Source of the DNA: an uncultured Nitrososphaerales archaeon
GTDB lineage: Archaea > Thermoproteota > Nitrososphaeria > Nitrososphaerales > Gagatemarchaeaceae
Length of the DNA stretch: 64,000 nucleotides
NCBI GenBank assembly: GCA_963706445.1
Contig: OY970160.1
Span: 1,344,001 to 1,408,000 of the forward strand
Direction of reading: 5' to 3'
Under the pieces are notes generated by a model that made no database searches, was not told the origin of the DNA, and was given only the letters and a program-made list of their open reading frames with translations. A program made the position numbers and the translations under genes. Every line of letters begins with the position of its first letter. Within the stretch, counting starts at the first letter, position 1. This document shows positions 17,798 to 26,951 of this stretch, piece after piece.

Positions 17798-18700
17798 GTG
17801 TACGCTACCAGGGTCTCTGAACGAGTCTACATGCTTGACACCTACGCGCTTGGTCAACCGGGGACTGTGGGGGCATACCTGGTGAAGGGACCGAAGCCTG
17901 CTCTTGTCGACTGCGGGTACGCAACTTCCTACGAAAGTGTCCTCAAAGGACTGGCGGAGGCAGGAGTGATGCCATCTGACGTGCGGTACCTCATCCCGAC
18001 CCACGTGCACCTCGACCACGGGGGAGCGGCGGGGAGGCTCATCAAGGAGATGCCGAACGCCGAAGTGATGGCGCATGAGCGCGGTGTCCCCCACCTCATC
18101 GACCCGACCAGGCTCATTGAAAGTTCGACCAAGGTATTCGGAGAGATGATCATGGGGCTCTATGGGAACCCAGAACCGATACCCGCCGAGAGGATCACGG
18201 CAGTAGGCAAAGAGGCCCACCTCGATCTGGGAGACGGTCTCAGCATGACGATGATGCACACTCCTGGGCACGCCCCCCACCAGATCTCGATCCTACTTGA
18301 CCAGACAAAGGCCATGCTCACCGCCGACGCCATCGGGATCGTCTATCCCGGGTCAAAGGCGCTGATCCCTACCACTCCCCCGCCCAGCTTCAACCCGACG
18401 GAACTTGTGGCGACCATAGGCATGATTAGACAGATGAAGCCAACCGAGCTCCTCGTCCCGCACTTCGGCGTCAGGAAAGACGTCGAATGGGTCTTCGATA
18501 GGACAGCTGAGCTGGTACCGCAATGGGTTGAGCAGGTCAAATCGATGTGGAAGAACAAGATGTCCCTCGATGAGGTGTCCGAGGTCATGGAGGGAGAGGT
18601 GGCAAAGGACGCTGGCACCGATGACCTCCCCATCTATGCTAAGGTCTCAGTGAGGACCTCCGCCATGGGCATAATGCACTACCTCGACAAGAACTTTTGA
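17798..18700 (+). CDS. Metallo-beta-lactamase-fold hydrolase
   Basis: THVHLDHGG, TPGHAPH, TADA, VPHFG. Confidence 0.9.
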   Translation: MYATRVSERVYMLDTYALGQPGTVGAYLVKGPKPALVDCGYATSYESVLKGLAEAGVMPSDVRYLIPTHVHLDHGGAAGRLIKEMPNAEVMAHERGVPHLIDPTRLIESSTKVFGEMIMGLYGNPEPIPAERITAVGKEAHLDLGDGLSMTMMHTPGHAPHQISILLDQTKAMLTADAIGIVYPGSKALIPTTPPPSFNPTELVATIGMIRQMKPTELLVPHFGVRKDVEWVFDRTAELVPQWVEQVKSMWKNKMSLDEVSEVMEGEVAKDAGTDDLPIYAKVSVRTSAMGIMHYLDKNF

Positions 18701-18726
18701 ATCGGCCCTAGTCCCCTCACGGAACC

Positions 18727-19563
18727 ATGCCCCTGGTCTACGCATGCATAGCCCCCCACGGCGGGGAGGTGGTACCCGCCCTTGCAGGCAAGAAGCTGAA
18801 ACTCTTCTCTCCCACGAGGAGGGGAATGAGGGTGCTCGCCGCGGCGATGAAGGCGGCGAAGCCGGACACCATAGTGCTGGCCAGCCCGCACAACCTGAGG
18901 CTGAACAAGCACATCGGGGTGGTCACCTCAGAGTTCTCCTCGGGGAAGGTTGTGGAAGGTGGGAGAGAGATTAGGATGCGCGCGAAGTGCGACCCGGAGT
19001 TCGCCAGAAAGATTGCAGACTCGGCCGAGAAAACAGGGCTCCCAGTCGTCGCGGCAAATTACGGGGTTTTCGAAGGGCCGCTCTCCGATCTTGCCATGGA
19101 CTGGGGGACGATGATTCCTCTCTGGTTTCTTCTGAGAGAGAGCCGTCTGAAGAGCAGGGTCGTGATTGTGACACCGTCTAGAGAGATACCACTAGGACCG
19201 AACGCGGAGTTCGGGAGGATCGTGGGAGAGATGGCCCAAGATGAAAAGAAGAGGGTCGCCTTTGTCGCGAGCGCCGACCAGGCGCACCGGCACAAGCAGG
19301 GCGGGCTCTATGGCTTCGACAACAGAGCGGCCGAATACGACAGGAAAGTGGTGGAGGCTATCCGCGGAGACAGGCTAGATGAAATCATGTCGATGGAGCC
19401 CGGATTCGTGGATGGAGCCAGACCGGACAGCCTCTGGCAGATGGCGATGCTCCTTGGCGTGCTGTCGGTGGTTCCCATGAAGGGGGAGCTGGTGTCCTAT
19501 CAGGTCCCGACGTACTACGGGATGATCTGCGCATCCTATCATCCGGCAACCAGAGCGGGCTGA
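18727..19563 (+). CDS. LigB/MEMO-like protein (class III extradiol dioxygenase fold)
   Basis: IAPHG, SPHN, MDWG, ASADQAH, TYYG motifs. Confidence 0.72.
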   Translation: MPLVYACIAPHGGEVVPALAGKKLKLFSPTRRGMRVLAAAMKAAKPDTIVLASPHNLRLNKHIGVVTSEFSSGKVVEGGREIRMRAKCDPEFARKIADSAEKTGLPVVAANYGVFEGPLSDLAMDWGTMIPLWFLLRESRLKSRVVIVTPSREIPLGPNAEFGRIVGEMAQDEKKRVAFVASADQAHRHKQGGLYGFDNRAAEYDRKVVEAIRGDRLDEIMSMEPGFVDGARPDSLWQMAMLLGVLSVVPMKGELVSYQVPTYYGMICASYHPATRAG

Positions 19564-19566
19564 GTC

Positions 19567-20268
19567 TCAGTTCAGGAGCGGGAAGATGTCCGTCAGTGCC
19601 CTGACCCTCGGGCAGTCGAGACCCTCGTGGGAGCCATCCCGGTCGATAAGTATCCCTTTGACCCCGGCATTCCTGGCGCCCACTATGTCAGCCTCGAACA
19701 GGTCCCCGACGTGGGCTGCTTGGTCTGCATCGTAGGAGGCCTGCCGCAAGGCGATCCTGAAAATTTCTGGGTTCGGTTTGGTGTACCCGACGGCCCCAGA
19801 AATCACGATGGTGCTCAGATACTTCGAGAGCCCCAGTGCCTGGACGACCCGATCTGTGTCTGCCGGGGCGTTGGAGATCAAACCCATGGCTATGCCGTCG
19901 CGGGAGAGCATTGACAGGGTGGGCTCGACGTCTGGGTAGAGGGCAAGAGGTATCTCCTTCTCGAGCTCGGGCCATCTCTTCCTGACCAGTCTGGAGACCC
20001 TTAGTGCTTCTGGCGCCCCCCTGTCGGGGAAGAGGGACTGGAAGACCTTCTCATCGAAGTGGCGATACGCCTCCGTTGTATCTTCGGGGCTCATGACTTT
20101 GTATCCGTAGTCCGAAAGCCACCAGGACTCTAGGCCGAGGTACGTCGAATGGATCATGTCGAGGCTCGCGTCTAGACCCTCTTCGTTCAGGACCCTTCGG
20201 AATATCCTGTCGCGCCTCATCACCAGCAATGTCCCGCCGAGGTCGAAGAAGACGACGCGTGCCTTCAA
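19567..20268 (-). CDS. HAD-superfamily hydrolase
   Basis: FFDLGGT, ISN, KPNPEIF, HVGDLFEADIVGA. Confidence 0.9.
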   Translation of the reverse strand: MKARVVFFDLGGTLLVMRRDRIFRRVLNEEGLDASLDMIHSTYLGLESWWLSDYGYKVMSPEDTTEAYRHFDEKVFQSLFPDRGAPEALRVSRLVRKRWPELEKEIPLALYPDVEPTLSMLSRDGIAMGLISNAPADTDRVVQALGLSKYLSTIVISGAVGYTKPNPEIFRIALRQASYDADQAAHVGDLFEADIVGARNAGVKGILIDRDGSHEGLDCPRVRALTDIFPLLN

Positions 20269-20319
20269 GGAAGCGCGTTGGTCATTAGGAACTAAAATAC
20301 ATTTGACGGATGAAGTCGG

Positions 20320-20730
20320 CTATCCGTGGAACACCGGGATGAACGGCGTCGCGAGCATGCTGAACAGCAGCAGCCCCAGGACGACCGCGGTGATCACGAC
20401 GTAGATTCGGTCACGCTCCGCGGCGAACAGTAGGACAGAGGCAGTGACCCTGGCGACCGGGGTCGCAATCAATACCATCACTCCGAGCTCGATCAGGGAG
20501 TAGGGGTCCAAGGCGGCGAGACCGTTGAAGAATCCTGAAACGCTCAGGCTGAACGTTCCATGTGGGATCGTATCGGCGCTATAGGCGAACAGGCCGTTGG
20601 TGTCTGAGAGTCCGCTGGCGGTGGCAAGTCTGATGGTCCCTGCGATGACGATAATGGCCGAAAGTACAACCCCGTACCTCAGCAGGGTCCCGATAACCAC
20701 GCTCATCGACTCGGGGTCGCGGAGGTTCAA
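20320..20730 (-). CDS. DUF1634-family membrane protein
   Basis: IGTLLRYGV and LIATPVARV motifs; the usual partner of TauE/SafE; 4-nt overlap. Confidence 0.82.
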   Translation of the reverse strand: MNLRDPESMSVVIGTLLRYGVVLSAIIVIAGTIRLATASGLSDTNGLFAYSADTIPHGTFSLSVSGFFNGLAALDPYSLIELGVMVLIATPVARVTASVLLFAAERDRIYVVITAVVLGLLLFSMLATPFIPVFHG

Positions 20731-21569
20731 ACCTGCACCCCCATTGCGCTAAGGATCATCTCCAGGGCGGTCAGCGCGAGCACCACCGAGAACGCTTTCC
20801 TGATGGTCGGATTGCGGGTTTTCAGCAGCAGCCTGGCACCAATGGCCGCCCCTAGGAGAATTCCGAGGGCCACGGGTGCCACGATCAGAGGGTTGACGTC
20901 CCCCCTTGCGAAGTAGATGCCGGCGCTCGCCGCGGCCGTCACTCCTATCATGAAATTTGATGTCGTCGTAGACACTTTGAGAGGGAGCTTCATCGCCAGG
21001 TCCATCGACAGGACCTTGAAGGCGCCACCCCCTACGCCCAGGAACCCAGAGACCACGCCCGCCGCGGCGGTCCCCGTAAGGCCCGCTACCGGCCTGGTGG
21101 CGTTGTAATCGATCACCCTGCCGTCGGTTTCGGTGTACGAGCCGTGCAGGCCGAGTCGCTTCGAGAGCCCATTCAGCTCCGGGGACTTTGGTATGTCCTC
21201 ACCGATCTTCATCAGGGTCGGGATGAGAGTGAAGAGCAGAATAACCCCGAAGATTAGCTCCAGGGCTACGGAGTTCACGTAGGCTGCGATGGCCGCCCCG
21301 ACTATGGCCCCGCTGGCGCTCGCTAACTCCAGGAACATGCCGACGCGCAGGTTCGTCACTTTGTCCTTGATGTAGGTCGAGGCCGCCCCGCTCGAAGTCC
21401 CGATTATGGCGACGATGCTGGCCCCGATGGCGAAATGTATGTCGACGCCGAATAGCAGGGTAAGGACAGGGATCACTACCACCCCGCCCCCTAGGCCGAG
21501 CATCGAACCGAAGATCCCTGCGAAAATCGAGAAGAGGAAGAGTATGACCAGGAATTCGAGAATTAGCAT
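20727..21569 (-). CDS. TauE/SafE-family sulfite/organosulfonate exporter
   Basis: GLGGGVVVIP, GVGGGAFKV, KVSTTTSNFMIGVTAAA. Confidence 0.9.
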   Translation of the reverse strand: MLILEFLVILFLFSIFAGIFGSMLGLGGGVVVIPVLTLLFGVDIHFAIGASIVAIIGTSSGAASTYIKDKVTNLRVGMFLELASASGAIVGAAIAAYVNSVALELIFGVILLFTLIPTLMKIGEDIPKSPELNGLSKRLGLHGSYTETDGRVIDYNATRPVAGLTGTAAAGVVSGFLGVGGGAFKVLSMDLAMKLPLKVSTTTSNFMIGVTAAASAGIYFARGDVNPLIVAPVALGILLGAAIGARLLLKTRNPTIRKAFSVVLALTALEMILSAMGVQV

Positions 21570-21742
21570 CAGATTCAGCGCGCCTGTCTTATCATACTTA
21601 GATGTTCTCGGGAGAAAAAATGAGAGTGCTATGCTCTACGAGGCGATTCGAGGGCAGAGATTATTCTCTCGTGGCCTTTGGAAAGCGGAATATTCAGCCC
21701 TCAAAACCGTTGGGAGTACGTAGAAGATTGTAAGGTCTCAAA

Positions 21743-23473
21743 TCAAGCTGTGAGGGTTGGCGCCTGCTGGGGCTTCCTCTCAAGGCCGTAAGTTGCGGCC
21801 TTATCAAGGTCGAGCCCATTCCTCCTGCACCGGTTCTTCACTAAACGGAACATAGCCCAGGCGCCTATTGCCATCATCCCTCCTGTCACGTATTTGGTGA
21901 TTGGATTCTCCTCCCGCGAGGCCTTGGTGGCATCTCGAGTGGCGATCTTCAGGAGGTGCTTGTAGGAGGCATAGTAGACGGCCAGCTGAGACTTGTCTAA
22001 CTTCAACGAAGAGAAGTCCCTGCTCTTCAGATGCCCGAGGGGGACGTTCTGCATGGGGGTCACAGTGAATTCGAAGGGCCTACCATTGTCGGTCGTCGAG
22101 TTGCTCAGCCGGTTGATCAGAGCGACGGTCTCCCAGTTGTCTTCGGGGGTCTCTCCGGCCTGGCCTACCTGCACTGTAAAGGCGGGGCGCCAGTAGTTCT
22201 TGTTCATGACGTAGGTCCCCTGCCATACTATGTCCGCCCAGTGGCCGTCGGGGCCCACCCTCAGCGGCAGGGTCTTGTTAGGCATGTGTTCCAAGGCCAG
22301 CCTGTCGCTCCCTGTCTCGATCCCCACCTGCAGTCCGATCCAATTGTTAGGCCCGGCGCGGATGATCCTCGAAAGCTTCCCGACGAACTCAGGGAAGGCG
22401 GCGGGAATCGAGATCCTGCCGTGCGTGGGGTTGGTCTGGGCCACCCCGGTCGTCTCGATGACGGTTCTGAATAGGTCGTAGATCGCTTCCTCGTTGGGGA
22501 CAAAGTTCCTTCCGTGCTCATAGGCGAAGATCTCGTCGCTGTGCAGCCAGGCGTTGTCCATCCCCGCCCTGAGGTTCACCTGGAGCTCCCGCCTCACCTT
22601 ATCCGGGGGGTAGTAGCGAAGTGGCCTGAGGGTGACCTCGCAGAAATCACACCCGATCCCGCAACCGCGCATCACCTCCACCATCCCCTTCACAGAGGGG
22701 TTGACTATGTCGGGGATGTCTTCCAGCTTCGGGAACTGCTTTGAGAATTGGTAACGGCTGATGAACTTGGAGCTCGCCTTCCATTCCTTGTGGAAGGACT
22801 CGTCGAAGGTCTGGTAACCGTGGAAGAACTCGGTGTTCTCCCCGCCGTCCTCGAGGATGTACCGGAAGAGGTCCGATATTACGTCGTCTGCCTCCCCCTG
22901 GTAAGCGTAGTCAATCCTGTTCCTCTCCATTTCTTGGGGGTGGACGGTAAGCTCCCAGACCCCGGGGCCGCCGACGACCAGCTTTGCCTTCTTCCCGGCC
23001 CGGGCCCTGTTGATCTTGGCCAGGAGCCATTCGAACTCCCTCTGGACGTAGGCGGGGGCGACTGTGTTGAAGAAGACTGTGTAGGACATCGTGAGGGGTC
23101 CGAGGCCAAGGGGGTCCATAGTCGAGACCCCGATCAGCTCTGTGTCGTCGTCGACGAATTCCGCTATGTGATCTTCGTGGGCAACCACAACATCCTCCCG
23201 AGGGTGCTCCTTCAGGACAGAAGCCTCCAGCTTCCTAATGGCGTAGGGGGCGAAGTCTGCCTTGCCGTCGGTGGCAGGCGGGGGCGGTCCCTTCAGGAAG
23301 TTGTAGAAGGTTGACGGGAGGGCGCTAGTGGGGGCGCTGGCCAGGAAGTCAAGTAGCGGGACGCTCCTGTAGTTTCGGGCTAATGTGCTATCTGAGACAA
23401 GTACGTAGCGGGCCATCTTGGAGGGCCGGAATTGGGCTCGGGGTGGCTTAAAAATTGCTCCAGTATCGGCCAC
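21743..23473 (-). CDS. B12-binding radical SAM protein, probable GDGT ring synthase (Grs) family
   Basis: CxxxCxxC in EVMRGCGIGCDFCEVTLRPLRYYP, plus APYAIRKLEA, VGGPG.W and VGIETGS blocks resembling archaeal Grs-family proteins. The subfamily call is from recall and unverified. Confidence 0.7.
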   Translation of the reverse strand: MADTGAIFKPPRAQFRPSKMARYVLVSDSTLARNYRSVPLLDFLASAPTSALPSTFYNFLKGPPPPATDGKADFAPYAIRKLEASVLKEHPREDVVVAHEDHIAEFVDDDTELIGVSTMDPLGLGPLTMSYTVFFNTVAPAYVQREFEWLLAKINRARAGKKAKLVVGGPGVWELTVHPQEMERNRIDYAYQGEADDVISDLFRYILEDGGENTEFFHGYQTFDESFHKEWKASSKFISRYQFSKQFPKLEDIPDIVNPSVKGMVEVMRGCGIGCDFCEVTLRPLRYYPPDKVRRELQVNLRAGMDNAWLHSDEIFAYEHGRNFVPNEEAIYDLFRTVIETTGVAQTNPTHGRISIPAAFPEFVGKLSRIIRAGPNNWIGLQVGIETGSDRLALEHMPNKTLPLRVGPDGHWADIVWQGTYVMNKNYWRPAFTVQVGQAGETPEDNWETVALINRLSNSTTDNGRPFEFTVTPMQNVPLGHLKSRDFSSLKLDKSQLAVYYASYKHLLKIATRDATKASREENPITKYVTGGMMAIGAWAMFRLVKNRCRRNGLDLDKAATYGLERKPQQAPTLTA

Positions 23474-23492
23474 AGTGAGACGAAACGGGCTG

Positions 23493-24038
23493 CTACTCTT
23501 CTTCCGCGATTTCAGCCAGCGACCGTTTTGAAACGGCCGAGGTGTCGAACTGGTTGGCGTCGTACCCCGGCATGCAGTAGCGGTCCTTGTGCTTGATGAG
23601 GAGCCAGGCTCCCTTCATGCCGCCCAGGCCCTTTGTCCGCACCAGGGCGAAGGAGCCGTGGAGTTTCTTGCCAAACAGAGTGAACTTCAGGCTCCCATCC
23701 CTCAGGCTCGAGTGGGCGACCTCCTCGGCTTCGGATCTCTCAACGATCAGCTTACGGACCCCTCTGCTAACTTCAATCTCGGGGGTGTACCTGCCCTCGT
23801 CCCAGATCATCACCGTCCCGGCCCCATAGTTTCCCTTCCCGATGACTCCTTCGAAGTGTCGATATTCGAGGTCGTGCGGACCAGTTGGCATCGCCAGCCT
23901 TCTGATCGTGGGGTCGAGGGTAGGGCCCTTGGGGACAGACCAGGATGGCATCGTCTCCCCGATCTCCAGCCGGAAGTCGTAGTGGAGGGCGGTGGCCTTG
24001 TGCTTCTGGACCACAAATGAAAACAGCCCCGGTTTCAT
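23493..24038 (-). CDS. Stand-alone LigD 3'-phosphoesterase (PE) domain
   Basis: FVVQKH.A..LHYDFRLE, SWSVPKGP, FEGVI..GNYGAG.V.IWDEG, WLLIK. Confidence 0.92.
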   Translation of the reverse strand: MKPGLFSFVVQKHKATALHYDFRLEIGETMPSWSVPKGPTLDPTIRRLAMPTGPHDLEYRHFEGVIGKGNYGAGTVMIWDEGRYTPEIEVSRGVRKLIVERSEAEEVAHSSLRDGSLKFTLFGKKLHGSFALVRTKGLGGMKGAWLLIKHKDRYCMPGYDANQFDTSAVSKRSLAEIAEEE

Positions 24039-24150
24039 GAGAAACCCCCTATCTCTAGGTTCAGAATAGGCTTTGCGTCGAACTTACTACTTATTTGATG
24101 CCAGAGGTCGAAAACAGAAAAGAGGGGTGAGGGCTTCCGCCCTGCCCCGT

Positions 24151-24534
24151 TTACATCGCTTTGTTCTGCCAGAGGCCGACGAGGTTCCCTTCGGTGTCTG
24201 TGAAGTAAGCGGACCAGCCCATGTCACCCACGGGCATCTTTTTCCCGCTCTGCTTCCCTCCGAGCTTCTTGATGTTCGCCAGGGCTACGTCGATGTCGGA
24301 GACGTTGATGGTCACCGTCACCGATTCAGGTGCCATGCTTCCCTTCTTCCCCATGCCACCATTGATGGCGCCGGGGGACTTCGGAGTGCCGTTCTTGTCG
24401 GAAGCCGTGGTCCCGACGCTCCAGTACTCGAAGCCTGGGAACTGGTTGAAGGCCCACCCGAATGCCTTGGTGTAGAAGTTCGAAGCCCTCTTGACGTCCT
24501 TGGCAGGGATTTCGAAATGAACTACGGAATCCAC
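24151..24534 (-). CDS. VOC/glyoxalase-family protein
   Basis: VVHFEIPA...FY..AFGW, GAINGG, FTDTEGNLVGLW. Confidence 0.9.
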   Translation of the reverse strand: MDSVVHFEIPAKDVKRASNFYTKAFGWAFNQFPGFEYWSVGTTASDKNGTPKSPGAINGGMGKKGSMAPESVTVTINVSDIDVALANIKKLGGKQSGKKMPVGDMGWSAYFTDTEGNLVGLWQNKAM

Positions 24535-24670
24535 GAGGCTCGGCGAGCTTTCAGTCTATATAAGCCGACCCACAATATTTTCATGATTCCTGACAGGTCC
24601 GTGAAAGTGATGCTTACTTTACGACCTTGAAATTCATAGGGGCTAAGCCGTACTTCTTCGAGAGGTCGAA

Positions 24671-24772
24671 TCAGGCGGTCAGGGAGCACAACATGACTTG
24701 ATGCCCGAGCTCGGAGAGCATCATCACGAGATTGAAGCCGACTTCGGCCGTTCCAATAATTCCGAGTTTCAT
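24671..24772 (-). pseudogene. Remnant of a Rossmann-fold NAD(P)-binding oxidoreductase N-terminus
   Basis: MKLGIIGTAEVGFNLVMMLSELGHQVMLCSLTA-stop: a degenerate GxGxxG beta-alpha-beta unit only 33 aa long. Confidence 0.5.
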
Positions 24773-24816
24773 GAAAGGGAATGTAGATCCGTCAGATTTA
24801 CGCTTTTGTCGGTCGC

Positions 24817-25359
24817 CTACTTCTTTCTGCTTGCGATTATGAATCCAAGGCCGCCGAGGACCGCGCCCAGGGCCGCCAACATGACCAGGCCTCCGATGGG
24901 GTTCACCAACTGCCCCAGGTAGGTGACATGAATCTGAAGGTCCGTGTATCCTAGACCCCCAGATGAAACGGCGGCGCCCGACCAGCCTGCCAAGTAGCCA
25001 CCCCACATCATCAGGATCATGCTACCAGCCACCCCGACATTCATGAACACGAGGTGCCCCCACGCGAGGTAGTTCGTCAGCCCGTGGTACACCTTGCCCA
25101 TCGTTCCTTCGATATAGGAGTAGAAGACGGCAGTGACTGCCATTGCGACTACACCCACGATGAGGAACAAGACATAGCCAGTGAACATCCACGTCCCGCC
25201 GCCACCGCTAGCGATGACTTTGGAGGGAGCGTAGTACCAGTTGATGCCGAAGTAACTCCAGGGTTCTACGATCAAAACAGTTGCGGCGACGGCGATAATG
25301 CCCTGGATGATTGAGGCCCAGATGAACCTCCAAGCCCACTTTCCTTGGGTAGGTTGCAT
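24817..25359 (-). CDS. Hypothetical integral membrane protein (4 TM)
   Basis: Clean 180-aa hydrophobic ORF with an upstream TATA-like element; no family recognised with confidence. Confidence 0.75.
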   Translation of the reverse strand: MQPTQGKWAWRFIWASIIQGIIAVAATVLIVEPWSYFGINWYYAPSKVIASGGGGTWMFTGYVLFLIVGVVAMAVTAVFYSYIEGTMGKVYHGLTNYLAWGHLVFMNVGVAGSMILMMWGGYLAGWSGAAVSSGGLGYTDLQIHVTYLGQLVNPIGGLVMLAALGAVLGGLGFIIASRKK

Positions 25360-25469
25360 GATGTTTGACCTGGCGCCTCCCCGACCCTATTTAAGCAAAG
25401 AAGGCCCTTTTTCGGAGACTCAACAAATCCTTGGAGATATTCAGGAATGGGAAACCGTGTTCAAGACTC

Positions 25470-25489
25470 CCCCGGCCGGGGTTCGAACC
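25470..25489 (-). repeat. Degenerate direct-repeat copy of the tRNA-Glu 3' end (att-like site)
   Basis: ccccggccggggttcgaacc at 25470-25489 versus ccccggccgggattcgaacc at 29387-29406 (19/20 identical, same orientation). Confidence 0.75.
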
Positions 25490-25523
25490 GAAAAATGGGT
25501 ACAGACCCATTCAGGCGACGAAG

Positions 25524-26069
25524 TCACTCTTGCTGGACATATGGCCTGATAAGTTCCTCTTCTGACAGTGGCTGTCTCTTGAACCAGACCACCTCGATCA
25601 CGCCGAACGTCTTCTTTAGGCCGTCGCGTATCTTGACTATCAGTGCCTGCACTTCCTTACGTGACATCTTCTCGCCTTGTTCCTGTTGCGAACTTAGTTC
25701 CATGATGGTTTCGTTTATTGATGAAATCAACTCGATGGGCCCGACGTGGCTTGCGTTCTCCCTCGCCATCTTCAGACAAGAATAGATCGACGAGCTAGTT
25801 TCCTGCCATATGAGCATCATAAGCGCTTCATGCGAGTCCTTTGAGGACAGGCCCCACGCGGCCGCGACCCTCTCCAAGGTCTGATTGAACGCCTTTTCAG
25901 TGCTGGACTCGGAGAGTAGCGCAGCTGCGTCTAATGCCCTGCAGATGTTTTCCGCACGTTCCAGCCATCGCCCCATCCAAATCAGATTGTAGACCCGAGA
26001 ATCCGTCAACCACTTGTCCTTGGCAAAGACGACCGAACGTGGATCCTCCGATGGCTTCGGGGCAGCCAC
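25524..26069 (-). CDS. Alpha-E domain protein (short, single ER motif)
   Basis: LIWMGRWLERAEN and SSIYSCLKMARENA motifs of the alpha-E (DUF403) family. Confidence 0.85.
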   Translation of the reverse strand: MAAPKPSEDPRSVVFAKDKWLTDSRVYNLIWMGRWLERAENICRALDAAALLSESSTEKAFNQTLERVAAAWGLSSKDSHEALMMLIWQETSSSIYSCLKMARENASHVGPIELISSINETIMELSSQQEQGEKMSRKEVQALIVKIRDGLKKTFGVIEVVWFKRQPLSEEELIRPYVQQE

Positions 26070-26090
26070 AGCGTCATTTAGCCCCTTTGG

Positions 26091-26951
26091 CTAATATGTG
26101 TTTATCCTAATCGCAGAAGCATATACCCGGCTCAACCCACCCGTGCCAGTCGACAGGAAGGTTCCGCTGACTGGGGAGACGTCCGTGTAATCTCGCCCCA
26201 CGGCGAGCTTCAGGTACTTCGTCCCTGCGTCGACCAATATCCCCTTCGTGGGGTCGGCTGGGAGCCACCCATATGCGGGATGGAGAAACTCAAGGTACGC
26301 ATGGGTGTCGCCGTCCTGCTCCGTCAAGATGCAGCTCACATAACGCGAAGGTATCCACAGCGCACGAAGGACGCCCAAGGCCAGATGGACCTTGTCTTGG
26401 CAGACGCCGCTGCCATTGGCAAGGACCTGGTGAGCCTCTGTTAGGACCGTGGTCGTACCCTTCTCGTACTTGATGTTGTCATGGACCCACTGCGTTATCT
26501 TTCCTACAGTCTCCAAGAGACTGTTTGAATCCCCCGCGACTTTCAGGGCTAGGTCGCGCAAGAGATAGGGCTTCACCAACGGTGAGGGGGAGAGAAAGTC
26601 CGTCACGTCTTGGCTGAACTTCATGTTCTGCACCGGCGAGTCGGTGTACGGTCCGCGCCAGGGCACCAGCCTGAATCTTCCCTGCGAGACGATGCTCAGT
26701 TCCCTGTGCCTGGTCGTTACCTTGATGCGGCGTACGATGTTGCCGTAGGTGTCATTGAATTCCACGTATGCCGAGGGTGGAGAAGTCACCACGTCATAGC
26801 TGTCGAGAAACGTGTGGTCGTCCGCATGCGGTATGACCCGCAGGAAATCGTCGTTTTGCAGGACGTAATCCGAGTATCTGTAGACAGTCTCGTAACGGTA
26901 CTGTCCTGTGAATTCGGCCGGGCCTACTTGAGAACCCATGTTGGCTTGCAC
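26091..26951 (-). CDS. Transglutaminase-like protein with bacterial N-terminal domain
   Basis: Catalytic triad in GVCQD, THAYLE and ADPT; AVGRDYTDVSPV. Start may be ATG 26939. Confidence 0.92.
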   Translation of the reverse strand: MQANMGSQVGPAEFTGQYRYETVYRYSDYVLQNDDFLRVIPHADDHTFLDSYDVVTSPPSAYVEFNDTYGNIVRRIKVTTRHRELSIVSQGRFRLVPWRGPYTDSPVQNMKFSQDVTDFLSPSPLVKPYLLRDLALKVAGDSNSLLETVGKITQWVHDNIKYEKGTTTVLTEAHQVLANGSGVCQDKVHLALGVLRALWIPSRYVSCILTEQDGDTHAYLEFLHPAYGWLPADPTKGILVDAGTKYLKLAVGRDYTDVSPVSGTFLSTGTGGLSRVYASAIRINTY

